The notes under the pieces were generated by a model, which was not told where the DNA came from, did no database searches, and saw only the letters and a program-made list of their open reading frames with translations. A program made the position numbers and the translations under genes. From assembly GCA_964016885.1 (NCBI GenBank), contig OZ024744.1:33418001-33482000 (forward strand): 64,000 nt of DNA. The letters are read 5' to 3'. The DNA is from Eledone cirrhosa. Its lineage: Eukaryota. Positions 14,754 through 28,000 of this stretch are shown here, piece after piece. Positions within the stretch are counted from its first letter, which is position 1. Each line of letters opens with the position of its first letter.

Positions 14754-15303
14754 ATTGTAACAATCAAGCCGCCTCCCCTCTTCAAAAACGAAGGAGAGGC
14801 AGTGTTTCTGTGCGTAATAGCCATGGCGAAAGAGGTTGTATGGTGGACGCGTCTGAAAGGACTGAGGTCAGACACCTTTCTCTCTGGCTAACAACTGGTC
14901 CGTTTCTTCCGATATCATTTCGGAAGAAGGATCAGGATGGAGAGAGAAGTGTTGCACCCCAGCCGTTTTTATGAAAGATGGGTGAAAGTGGCGAGAATGG
15001 CCCGTGTGAATGGGCCTTCACTCTACATCAGACTATAGGTGAGGAAGATGAAAGACCAAGGGAGCACCCCTTCTCTGTGCTCCTGAGGCAAAGGGTTGCA
15101 CACTTTTTTTCGGGGGTGTGTGCGACCCCCCAAGGCGCCTCCTCTCTATTGAGGACTTTGTTATAAATTTTATTTTTTGTCATATTTTATTTTATTTTTA
15201 TATATTGTTATTGCCACCTCCTTATTGAGGACGCCTTGTTTTGTAAACTCCCCCCATTGTACTTGTCCCGCTTTTGATGCCCTGGTGGCAAATAAAAGAA
15301 ACA
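14754..15303 (+). mobile_element. Tx1-like copy A (ORF2 3' end plus 3' UTR) with 15-bp TSD
   Basis: Near-identical to the 3' end of copy B; TATCTATCTAACCAC at 14739-14753 and 15304-15318. Confidence 0.9.
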
Positions 15304-15312
15304 TATCTATCT

Positions 15313-18300
15313 AACCACCACCCCACCCAACAACCAATTCCCCACCCTCATGGAAATTGTGCAGCCCGATACCCGGGACGCAGAGAGGTAAGTGCCTTTT
15401 CTCTTCACCACCAACATGGCTATGCTAAGAGTAGGCTGTCTAAATGCGCGTGGCCTGGGCTCAACTTGGAAGCAAGCAATGCTTCTAAATGACCTCAGGT
15501 CACAACGTATAGATGTGATGGTTATTTGCGAGGCCCGGATCAGCAACGTGCGACAGCTGGCCCCCACATTTGATGACTTTGAGATGCACACATCTCTCTG
15601 TCAGCCCGGAGGGGGGGGGGGGGTCGTTCTGCTGCAAAAACATCTGGGTCTCGCAACACAGACGGTACATTTGGACCCCGGAGAGTCGACTAGTGGTTCT
15701 GGACCTTGGCAGTGGTGAAGGCGGAGCGTTTAGGTTGGTAGCCGCCTACGGCCCTTTCGGCTCAATGCGGCCGGACTTCTTCCATTGTCTGGAGACTTTT
15801 CTAGGGACGTCCCGCTCCTTGCTATTAGTGGGGGACTGGAATGGTATCCTAGATGCACGCTGGGACTACGTAGGGGCCTGTCCCGATAGACAGGGGTGTA
15901 ATAGCCTCAAAGGGTTAATCGGTCGATTTGACCTGGCCGATAGATATCGACTAGATTTTCCTACTGCGCCAACCTGGATTGGGCAAATCGCAGCGGATCA
16001 TCTAGGTCGTACCTAGATAGGTTCTTAGTTAGAAATAAGGATAAGGACTTTTTAAGTTGTCCAAAAATGAGCATGGTTGGCTATTCAGACCACAAGTTAG
16101 TGACCTGCATGGTCAACCTTGACAGAATGCATAGACAGGGACCCGGTTACTGGAAGCTCAACTTGTCCTTACCGGCAAGTAAGGCTTACAGGGACCGGAT
16201 TAGCACTTTAGTTAAGGAGCGGTTGACGGGCGCCATCGTCAACAGCAGGTGGTGGGATCTCTCAAAAGAGAGATTAGAGTAGTCTCTATAGAATTTAGTA
16301 AGGAGTTAGCCTCAAATAGAAATAGGAAGGAAAGATAGCTGGTAGATAGTGTAGAAGAGGCAATTAGAAGCGGCGACGTGGCCAGAGTGCTAGCGTCGAG
16401 AACGGCCCTGGGCCAGTTCTTCGACGCGAAAACACGAAGGCTGCATCGTTCGAAGCAAAATACGGGCTCTGGGAAACGAGGGGACCAAAGCTGTTAGCTG
16501 GGCCAGCGTGACAGAAGCCAAAAGAGGGAGCAGATCCACTATCCGGTCTTTGCGAGACCAGGAGGGACGTGTGATCCTTGAACCTAAGCAGATGTGCGAG
16601 GCTTTTCAAAAGCACTTTGCCGGATTGTTCGGAAGGGGCGGGGAGCCGATTGGGGATGTGGCCTTCGGTCCATACCTCGACCGCCTGCCGCGTCTCTCGG
16701 ACAGGGAGGCGAAGTCCTGCGAGGAGTCGATTTCAGCCGCTGAGATAGAGGACGTGCTGCGCCAATGCGGCAATCGCAAATCCCCGGGTCTCGATGGTCT
16801 TCCATACGAACTGTATCTAGCTATGCCGGACTTGTTCCCCGATCTCCTCGAGGCGGTCTACTGCAACTGGCAACAGAACGGGAGAATTCCCTGTGCTGTG
16901 GCCAAGGGCGTAGTCACGCTAGTGAGGAAGGGCGAGAACAAGGGGGACGATATAAATAATTTCAGGCCCATAACTCTGCTAAATACAGAGTTACAGATTT
17001 TGGCCAAGGTGCTAGCAAAGAGGTTGGCGCTTGTCGTGGGAAACCTGGTGGGAGATGCGCAGACATGTGCTATCCCGTCCAGGTCCATCCACGACAACCT
17101 CCACCTCATGCGATACATCATAGAGAGGGTTGGGAACGAACCCGGCTTTGGTGGGGCCCTGATCAACTTGGATCAATCTAAGGCGTTCGATAGGGTCGAC
17201 CATGGTTACCTGGATACGGTGCTAGCGGCGGAAGGCTTCGGACCCGTTTTCAGGGGCTGGATCAATGCCATGCACAGCTGCCGCATCTGCTCTAGGGTCA
17301 AGGTGAACGGCTACCTCTCGGAGCCGTTCGAAATCGCGCGGTCCATCCGACAAAGGTGCCCTCTCTCCTCCCTTCTGTATGTAATGACTCTAGAGCCACT
17401 GCTGCGGAAGTTGGAGTTGTTGCAGGGCATCCCATTCGAACCGGGATTGCGGAAAGCGGTGTCGGCCTACGCCGACGACGTAACAGTAATGGTGTCGACG
17501 GCCTCGGAAATCGGGGCAATCGGCACCTTACTGGAGGAGTACGAAAGGTTTACAGGGGCTAAGCTGAACCGGGACAAGTCGATCGGTCTGCAACTCGGCA
17601 CGTGGAGGGGCAGATCGATGCCCTCCGATGGCGTCGTCGGGCGCTGGACGGAGGGCCCGGTGAAGTTGCTCGAGGTCTGGTTCGGACCAAACCTCCAGGT
17701 GGAGAAGAACTGGGGTGAAGTAACGAACAGGGTGTTTGCACTGACGCAGAAGTGGGCCGAGTGCAAACTGTCCTTGAAAGGTCGGGCGGAGGTGGCGAAC
17801 ACTTATATAGCGTCCGTCATCTACTACCGCCTGACCGTTGTGCCTTGCCCAAGGGAAACGCTTCTTTGGAAGAAGCGGGCTCCTATGGTGAGGAGATCCA
17901 TCTGCTGTCAACACCCTTCGAAAGGAGGGCTGGGGATGCCGTAGCTAATGATACGTAAACACGCATTAAGGCTACGGCACCTCCAGGTATTCCTCACCGG
18001 TCAACCGGTGTGGGCCCCGTTTGCGAGGCGAGCCTTTCCCAGACTCGTCTCACTCACCGAGCTGCAATCCTGGGTCAAGCAAAGACCGAGAAAACTGGGC
18101 GCCTGGCACACCGAGTGTGCCCAGGCGCTCACGGCTCTCTGGCAGGCGGACCCGGCTGTCAGTGGAGAATCCATCTCGTCATTCTATAGAGGGCTGGTGG
18201 TTAGCAGGTGCGACGACGCCCTCGGACAAGCCCTAGGCATGGAGGAAGACGAACTGGACAACCTGTTCGGTAGGACTTTCAGCCCGGGACCCATGGATAA

Positions 18301-19106
18301 CTTCCAGAGGTCCCTGGTCTGGCAGTGCTACCGAGGGGCTCTGCCCGTTCGAGAAAGGCTCTACAGACACGGGCGCCCGGGTAGGGACCCTTCGAAAAAG
18401 ATCTGTCCCAGATGCGTGTGCGACGAGGAGACCGTTGCACACGCTTTGGTATACTGCTCCGGCATTGCCGATCTGTGGGGCTATGTCGAACAACTGCTGT
18501 CAAGGGTGGGACCGATCCGGTTGACCACCGAGTCTATTGTAACGATCAAGCCGCCTCCCCTCTTCAAAAACGAAGGAGAGGCGGTGTTTCTGTGCGTAAT
18601 AGCCATGGCGAAAGAGGTTGTATGGTGGACGCGTCTGAAAGGACTGAGGTCAAACACCTTTCTCTCTGGCCAACAACTGGTCCGTTTCTTCCGATATCAT
18701 TTCGGAAGAAGGATCAGGATGGAGAGAGAGGTGCTGCACCCCAGCCGTTTTTATGAAAGATGGGTGAAAGTGGCGAGAATGGCCCGTGTGAATGGGCCTT
18801 CACTCTACATCAGACTATAGGTGAGGAAGATGAAAGACCAAGGGAGCACCCCCTCTCTGTGCTCCTGAGGAGAAGGTTGCACACATTTTCTCGGGGGTGT
18901 GTGCGACCCCCCCCCCCCCCCCCCCCCGTGGCGCCTATTCCCTATTGAGGATTTTGTTACAAAATTTATTTTGTTATATTTTATATTATTTTTATACTTT
19001 TATATCTTGTTATTGCCTCCTCCATATTGAGGACGCCTTTGCATGTAAACTTCCCCCATTGTACTTGTCCCACTTTTGATGCCCTTGTGGCAAATAAAAA
19101 GAAAGT
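15313..19106 (+). mobile_element. Tx1-like copy B (end of ORF1; ORF2 15416-18820 disrupted; 3' UTR)
   Basis: APE motifs (GCLNARGL, VGDWN, YSDHK), RT (SPGLDG, NFRPITLLN, DQSKAFDRV, YADD) and C-terminal CPRC..ETVAH...C. Confidence 0.92.
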
Positions 19107-19119
19107 TATATATCTATCT

Positions 19120-22100
19120 GGAATGGACACACGCATGAAACTTGCTGGGTAATTCCTGCCTAAATTTCTATAGAAATTCTTAACTGTGAACCTTCATTTT
19201 TATACAAATTTGTAGAGGGACTGCCAGGTCAAATTTTGATCTGGTCAGTCTCTCAAAATATTCTACGCCTTTTGGCGAAATAGTACATAAAATGTTTTTT
19301 TTGGAAAAGCTAACATTTAAAAAAAATGGCTGAAGCTTCTTCACCAACATTCGAAGGAAGAAAGGGGAAGATATGCTTACAGCTTCTCCCTACCACTGTC
19401 ATAGAAGCAGATGTCAAAGACAAAGGTCAGCCAGAGGAAGCATTTTTCCACCTGCTGACCGACAACTTGATGTTGCCATGGCAACAAACCAAAACAAAAC
19501 AACCAGCGGCACCAGCAACAACAATGACAATAGTGCTGTGAACTAAAACACAACTTCACAAATGAATTCCGCAACCACAGATCAAACAATTGAGAACTAC
19601 AACAACAACAACAACAACAACAACGACAACAATGGCAACAACAACAACAGCAACAATGATGACAACAACGCCAACAAGAACAACTCCACAAACACGGAAA
19701 AAAATGCCTCGTTTGCACAAACTGTCCAAAATACAGAACTATATACACAGATTGACATCTCTAATGCCGGAGAATTGCTAAGAGATGCCAAGCAATATAT
19801 AACTTTTGGGGAGAATGGCGCTTTTAGCATCACTTCTCAAGAATTGCGTCGAGACACTGTCCTGAAAACCACAGTTTTTAGGACAATCTCAAATACCACC
19901 AGAAAACCAACTCATTAACTCAAAACGAAATTGAGCTGGTTTAAAGAAACTCCATGAAGGACATTTACTTCATAGAGAAGGGAAAACTCTTCTGGAGTTT
20001 ATCAATAATAATTGTTTCTACTTTAGGCACAAGGCCAGCAATTACCCAGTGGATTACTGGTACTTTATTTTATCGACCCCGTAAGGATGAAAGGCAAAGT
20101 AAACCTCGGCGGGATTTGAACTCAGATCGTAAAGGGACGTAACTACGCTGGAAAGCATGTCCGACCCTCTACCGATACTGCCAATTCACTTATCAATAAT
20201 AATGAAAGACCAACTGACGGCACATAAATATTCTGTGTCGCCAATTGTGTCCCCCCTCTACACCCTTTTCCCCACATATATGGGAAAAAGGACCCCAAAA
20301 ATAAAAATAACAAATATCACACCAAATGTAAACATCTGGTGGATAACAGCTGGTTTCATCAATTTTGATGAAGATACAGTAATTTCGGTAGGAAAGTCCT
20401 CCAGGGGCATATTCAACGGTACAAGCTTAGAAGTTCTGGTCCAAATGAGACCAGAACGGATAGCTATAATACCACAACGTGTGCCTCTGGATGGAAATTC
20501 CTACATAAACATTTCGGTTGAGGGTAGGCGGCCTTCATGTTACCACTGTTTAAGCAGTGGTCACCTGAGGGCTTCCTGTCCTCAATTAACTGCATTAAAA
20601 AAGGGCACTACTGCCGACACCCAACACAGCAACACAACTACCACCACAACAACAACAACAACACACAAAAACAAACCAAACTGCAAACACAATCCCACCC
20701 AACCCCTCCTCACCTGAAACAACTCCAGAAACACTCACACACATAACAGCTCCTCAAAATGTACCCTTCCCCAACAACACGGATGAGGCTTCATCATCGT
20801 CACCCAGTGACGATGAGGGAGAGCCTTTCCGACCAGTAAAAAGAAAAAAAAGAAAAGACATAACACAAACAAAAATGCAACAAACACACAAACACCAATA
20901 CAAGTGACGCAAAAAGCACAAACAAAAACACCCCCTCCTGAAAACAAAACACCTACTACAAAACGTAAACACACACAAGAACCACAGAAAAAAAAGCAAC
21001 ACAACACAACAAAAAGGTTACACCTACAAAAATACTAACAATAAAACTTTAACAGACACCATATATAAAAACCCTACGGTGGAGACCGATGGGAAAACTT
21101 TTACACACTCTGCGGAGAATCCAAATCTTAAAATGATTAGGATCTCCATGGACACACATAAACAGTCAAAAAAAATTTGCTAACGACGTAGGTAACCCTG
21201 CGTCAAACCCTATAACCGCGTCCTTTTGAAATTTTTCCCGACCCCCACCCCAGACACCCCCACCCCATCTGACACCCCCTCCCCACCAAACATATCTGTC
21301 CCCACCCCGCCAGAGACCACCGCCCCTCCAAACAACCCCTCGAACACCTCAATGGAAACTGTGCAGCCTGGTACCCAGGAGACGAAGAGGTGAGTGATTT
21401 CTTTTCCTCTTATTTTAACTTTTCAGCACCAACATGGCCAATATAAGAGTTGGATGTGCGAATGTACGCGGCCTGGGGATGCCCTGGAAACAGGGCAAAC
21501 TCTTAAACGACCTCAGGTCGCACAGTATGGATGTAGTAGCCATTTGCGAGTCCAGGATCTACAGGGAGCGAGAACTGGCCCCCATCTTCGACGACTTTGA
21601 GATCTACGCATCTCTCTGTCAGCCGGGAGGTGGGGGTGGGGTTGGCGTTTTGCAAACACCTGGACCTCGTAACACAGACGGTACATCTAGACCCGGAGGT
21701 TTGACTGGTGGTCCTAGACGTTGACGGTAGTGAAGGTGGAGCCTTGAGGCTGGTGGCCGCATATGCCCCATCCGGGACACCGCGGCCAGACTTCTTCAAA
21801 CGTCTAGAGACATTTCTGGGACCGTCTCGCTCCCTGCTGTTAGTGGGGGACTGAATCCTAGATGCACGTTGGAACTGTGTGGGAGCATGTCCCGATAGAG
21901 AGGGTGTAACAGCCTCAAACAGTTAATCGGCCGATCTGACCTGGCCGATAGATATCGACTAGATTTTCCGACTGTGCCACTGTGAACGTGGACTAATCTC
22001 AGCGGAACATCTAGATCGTACCTTGATAGGGTTCTAGTTAGAAAGAAGGATAGGGACATGTTAAGCTGTCCACAAATGTTAATGGTTGCCTATTCAGATT

Positions 22101-24944
22101 ACAAATTAGTGACCTGCTTAGTCAACCTTGACAAAACCCATGGACAGGGACCCGGCTACTAGAAGCTGAACTTGTCGTTAACGACATGCAAAGCCTACAG
22201 TAGACGGATTAGCACTTTAGTTAAGCAGCACTTGACGGGGCCATTTTTACCAACAGATGGTGGTACTCTCTCAAGAGGGCAGTTAGATTAGACTCGATAG
22301 GTTTTAGTAAAGAATTAGTGTTAGATAAGACCGAAAGAATTAGTGTTAGATGAGACCGAAAAGGAACTGGTAGATAAAGTAGAAGAGGCACTTAGGAGTG
22401 GCAACGTAGCCAGCGTGCTAGCGACGAGAACGGCCTTTAACCAGTTCTTCGACGCAAGGCATGAAGGCTGCGTTGCCAGAAGCAAAATACGTGCTCTGGG
22501 AAACGAGGGAGCCAAAGCTGTTAGCTGGGCCCGAGTGACGGAGGCGAAAAGTCCACGATTCGGTCTTTGAAGGACCAAGACGGACGCGTGATACGTGAGC
22601 CGAAGCAGATGTGCGCGGCCTTTAAGCGGCACTTCGCTCAGCTGTTCGGGCAGGGAGGCGTGCCGGGAAGGGCTATAGATTTCGGTCCATACCTCGACGG
22701 CCTACCGCGACTCTCGGACAGCGAGGCGAAGTTCTGCGAAAGGCCATTTTCGGCCGCTGAGATAGGGGACGCGCTGAGCCAATGCGGCAAACGCAAATCT
22801 CCAGATCTCGACGGTCTACCCTACGAATTTTACGTAGCAATGCCGGACTTGTTCTCCGGTCACCTGGAAGCGGTCTACTGCAACTGGCAGCAGAACGGGA
22901 GAATTCCAAGTTCTGTGACCAAGGGCGTAATCAGAAGGGCGTAGTCAGAAAGGACGAGAATAAGGGGGGTGACATAGGCAACTTCCGGCCCATAACTCTG
23001 CTCAACAGAGAGTTACAGATTTTGGCCAAGGTATTGGCAAAGAGGCTGGCGCTTGTCGTCGAAAACCTGGTGGGAGAAGTGCAGACATGCGCAATCCCGA
23101 CCAGGTCCATACACGACAACCTCCACCTCATGCGATACATCATAGAGTGGATGGGGTGTAAACCCGGCTTCGGTGGGGCCCTGATCAACTTGGATCAGTA
23201 TAAGGCTTTCGATAGGGTTGACCATCATTACCTGGATGCGGTGCTCGAGGCGGCAGGCTTCGGACCCGTGTTCAGGGACTGGATTGCTACAATGCACAGC
23301 AGCAACATCTGCTCAAAGGTCAAGGTGAACGGCTACCTCTCGGAGCCGTTCCATATCACACGATCCATCCGACAGGGATTCCCTCTCACCTCCCTTCTCT
23401 CGAGCCACTACTGCGGAAGTTGGAGCTATTGCAGAGCATCCCTTTGGAACCAGGACTGCGAAAAGCGGCGTCGACCTACGCCGACGACGTGACAGTAATG
23501 ATGTCGAGCACCTCGCAAATCGGGGAGGTCAGCACCTTACTGGAGGAATACGAAAGGTTCACAGGAGCGAAGCTGAACCGGGACAAATCCGTCGGTTTGC
23601 AACTCGGGTCGTGGAGAGGTAGACCGATGCTTGCCGAAGTCGTCATCGGACTCTGGAGGGAAGGACCGTTAAAGCTGCTCGGGGTCTGGTTTGGTCCGGA
23701 CCTCCAGGTGGAGAAGAACTGGAACGAGGTGACGGCCAAGGTGTTTGAGCTCACCCAGAAGTGGGCCGAGTGCAAACTATCCTTGAAAGGTCGAGCGGAG
23801 GTGGCGAACACTTTTATAGCGTCCGTCATCTACTACCGCTTGACCGTCGTGCCTTGTCCAGCCAAAAGGCTCGCCAAAATGGAGCGCGCGCTCTTCCAAT
23901 TTGTTTGGAAGAGGCGGGCTCCTTTGGTGAGAAGATCCATCCGCTGCCAACACCCTTCAAACGGGGGGATGGGGATGCCGTGGCTGACGATGCGCAAACA
24001 TGCGCTCAGGCTGCGGCACCTCCACGTATTCCTCACCAGACAACCGGTGTGGGCCCCGTTCGTGAGGCGAGCCTTCCCACGACTCGTCTCGCTGACCGAG
24101 CTGCAGTCCTGTGTCAAGCAAAGACCGAGGAAAATGGGCGACTGGCACATCAAATGTGCTCAGGCGCTCACACTCCTCTGGCAAACGGACCCGGCGATCA
24201 GTGGAGACTCCACTTCGACATTCTATAGAGGGTTGGTCCGCAGCAAGTGTGACGCATACTCGGAGAAACTCTAGGCGCGGAGGAAGACGAACTGGCCAGT
24301 CTGATCGGTAGGACCTTCCGCCCGGGACCAATGGACAACTTCCAAAAGTCCCTGGCCTGGCAGTGCTACCGAGGAGCTCTACCAGTTCGAGACAAGCTCT
24401 ACAGACACGGGCGCCTTGGTAGGGACCCTTCGAAAAAGAACTGTCCGAGATGCGTGCGCGAAGAGAAAACCGTCGGGCACGCATTTGTACACTGCCCGGG
24501 CGTTACCGACCTGTGGGGCTATGTAGAACGACTATTGTCGCGGGTGGGACCAATCCGGTTGACCACCAAGTCCATTGTCATGATCAAACCGCCACTCTCC
24601 TACAAAAATGAGAGAGAGGCGGTTTTCCTATGTGTTATGGCTCTGTGTTTATTTTATAAAAGGTGGGTGAATCTGGCAAAGATGGCCCGAGTGGTTGGGC
24701 CTTCTCTCTATATAAGCCTGTAGGTTGAGGAAAAAGAGGAAGGGAGTACTCACTCTTAGTGCTCCTGGAGATGAGGGTTGTACATTTTTTCGGAATGTGT
24801 ACAACCCCTGTGTAACACCTCCCCCTATTGGGGATATCAATTGTTATTTGTTATTTTATTATAGTTTTATTTTCATATATCTGTATGTAAACTCCCCATT
24901 TGTATTTGTCCCATTCTTTTGTGCCCTTGTGGCTAATAAAGAAA
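19120..24944 (+). mobile_element. Tx1-like copy C, apparently full length but decayed (ORF1 ~19562-21393, ORF2 21434-24723)
   Basis: ORF1 with poly-Asn, SFAQTV and zinc knuckle CYHCLSSGHLRASC; ORF2 APE-RT fragments; TATC on both sides. Confidence 0.9.
20013..20189 (-). mobile_element. tRNA-derived SINE inserted in Tx1 copy C ORF1
   Basis: A-box-like TGGCAGTATCGG and B-box GTTCAAATCC on the minus strand; 14-bp TSD TTATCAATAATAAT at 19999-20012 and 20190-20203; same family as 62637-62807. Confidence 0.85.
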
Positions 24945-24946
24945 TT

Positions 24947-25045
24947 TATCTATCTATGTATCTATTTATGACTCTCTATCTATCTATCTATATATCTATC
25001 TATCTATCTATCCATCTATCCATCTATCTATCTATCTATCTCTCT
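24947..25045. repeat. (TATC)n tract between Tx1 copies C and D
   Basis: Direct reading. Confidence 0.95.
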
Positions 25046-25049
25046 TTCT

Positions 25050-28000
25050 GTCTGGCGTGTGGAACATCGCCGGTGAGCTTTTTTGTTAATTTCTATGCAA
25101 AAAACCGAACTAATTGTTTGAAAAAACATAACACTTTGTAGATTAACCCCCAAACTGAATTGTCAGCTGGGTGGTAATCCCATTTTTCACCCCTGTAGGG
25201 GCGAACATTTTATTTTTAAAATTTGTTTTAAAATATCAGATTTTACAAACTAAATAACTTGAGCAACACTAGAACGCTGGAGAACGTTAATAGAGAAAAG
25301 AGAGAGAAATAGGCAGATATTAATGTTATATCTGCTGCTGCTACTATGGACGTCGCCATAGATACAAGTGTCAACAAAGAGAAAAATATATTAACACTTG
25401 AACATTTTAAAATTTCTACCGTCGAAGCGGAGAAAAATAACAATAACACACTCGAAAACACAGGAATTAAACCCATTGACATGCATACACATGAAAAACA
25501 CATCAACAACTCTACAGATACATATACACATAATGTTTCACCTCGACATGGAACTGAGATTTCCAACAACGATAACAACAACAACAGCAACATCACACAA
25601 AAAAAATAAAATGTCTTTCGCTGAAACAGTGAACAAAAAACAAGATTTTATAAATCTTGATATCTCCAACGCAAGAGATATGCAAGGGAGAAAATGTGTA
25701 ACTTTCGAAGAAAGAGGTGGGTTTAGAATTAACTCAACCCTTGAAATAAAGGAAGACACAATCCGCAGATCAGTCACCTTTAGGACTGTGTCAAATTCCA
25801 CAAGAAAGCCGACATTTGTTAACCAAGCTGATATAGAAGATACTTTCAAGGAAATTCTAGCAAATGTCGATTTTCTCCAGCGAGGAAAACAGTACGGAAG
25901 TGTTTCCGTACTGTTTAAAAGCGAGGCATTCGCCCCAAAAAAGCATACACCTTTTTCCCTATATACATGGGAAAAACGGCACAAAAATAAAAATAAAAAA
26001 CATACCTCCAAATATTAACATCTGGTGGATCTTGGCTGGCTTCTTTGAGCCAGAAACTGACATGAAACTTTCGATACAAAAATCTATTCGACAAAGGTGG
26101 GCGGGCACAGATTTGGAGATTCTGTTGCAAATGAAACCGGAGAGAATCTCCAAAATACCCGAAAGAGTCGTTATCGATAATAACAACAAAATAAACATTT
26201 CGGTTGAAGGATGAACATTTCATTGCTTTCGCTGTGGTAGCACAGCACACCTAAAAGCCTGTTGTCCACAAACACACAACAACAACATCATAAAAAAACG
26301 CTATTACCAACACCAACACCAAAACAACCACCACCACCACAAAACCCCCAAAACTCCAATAACCAATACCAACACACAACCTCAGACACAAACAACAACA
26401 CAAACAACACCACAGTCAAACATCCCCCTATCAGCAAAACCAGCACCAACACCACCCCAAACACAAGCACCCACCATAAAAAGAAAACTCCCGGACGAAC
26501 AACAAACTAAAACAACACAACAAAAACACAAACAACAATACGCATACAACAACACAAAAAACAAGAGTTTGATGGAGGTCATCTCCCAAAACCCCAAGGT
26601 GGAGACGGAGGGCAAAACTTTCGTCAAGGCAGAATCGTCTCCACACCTTAAACTTATAAGGGTTTCTATGGAAACCTATAATGACCTAAAAAATAAATTT
26701 TCACAGGACGTGGGCAACCCCTGCCACAAACCCATCAACCGCGTCCTGTTAAAATGTTTCCCCACCCCACCCAACACCCCATCCAGCACCCAAATAGAGA
26801 TTGAACAACCAGATCTCCAGGAAACGAAAAGGTAAGTGCACCTTTCGTCCTTTTTCTCCAACTTTTCTTCACCAACATGGCTAGTTTACGAGTTGGAAGC
26901 GTGAATGTGCGTGGCCTAGGGATGCCCTGGAAACAGGGCCAACTTTTAAACGACCTTAGGTCACACAGTATGGATGTGATAGCCATCACTGAGTTCAGGA
27001 TCCACAACAGGCAGCAACTAACCCCCATCTTCGACGACTTTGAGATCTACGCATCTCTCTGTCAACCAGGAGGTGGAGGTGGAGTGGCTGTCATGTTTCG
27101 GAAGAACCTGGACGTCGGAGTACAGCAAGTACACTTGGACCCGGAGGGTAGACTGGTAATCCTAGACGTGAACAGTATCGGAGGTGGAGCCTTCAGACTG
27201 GTGGCCGTTTATGCACCGACCGGGCAATCGCAATCACAGCCAGACTTCTTTAAGCATCTAGAGTCTTTTCTGGGAACGTCTCGCTCCTTACTTTTAATGG
27301 GGGACTGGAATGGTATCCTAGATGCACGATGGGACTATGTGGGAGCATGTCCCACTAGAGCGGGGTGCAACAGCCTCAAAACTTTAATCGGCCAATTCCA
27401 ACTGGCCGATAGGTATCGACTGGATTTCCCGACTGCACCACAGTGGACGTGGGCAAACCGCAGTGGGACATCTAGATCGTATTTAGATAGGTTCTTCATT
27501 AGAGAAAGGGACAAGGAGATGTTAAGCTGTCCACGAATGCACATGGTTGCCTATTCAGATCACAAGTTAGTCGTCTGCTTAGTCAACCGTGATAGAATAC
27601 ATAGACAGGGTCCCGGATACTGGAAGCTGAACGTGTCGTTGCCGGCACGTAAAGCTTACAGTGAACGGATAAGTAGACTAGTCAAGCAACAGTTAACGGG
27701 AGCCATCGTCAACAATAGATGGTGGTACTCTCTCAAGAAAGCAATTAGAATAGAATCGATAGGGTATAGCAGAGAATTAGCCTTAGAGAAAAACAGAATA
27801 GAAAGAGAATTAGTAGCCAAGGTAGAGGAGGCACTTAGAAGTGGCAACGCGGCTAGAGTGTTAGCGTCGAGAACGGCACTGGACCAGTTCTTCGATGCGA
27901 AACACGAAAGCTGCGTGGTCATAAGCAAAACACGTGCTCTAGGAAACAAAGGAGCGAAAGCTGTCAGCTGGGCCCGAGTGGCGGAGGCAAAAAGTGGCAA

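Noticed and set aside
20013-20189. tRNA gene
   Set aside because: It has A/B-box-like motifs only, with no cloverleaf, plus a TSD and many dispersed copies, so it is a SINE.
21390-21426. 37-nt mini-intron (GTGAGT...TTTTCAG) fusing ORF1 and ORF2 in copy C
   Set aside because: It is very short, and the AG is absent from the equivalent spacers of copies B and D.
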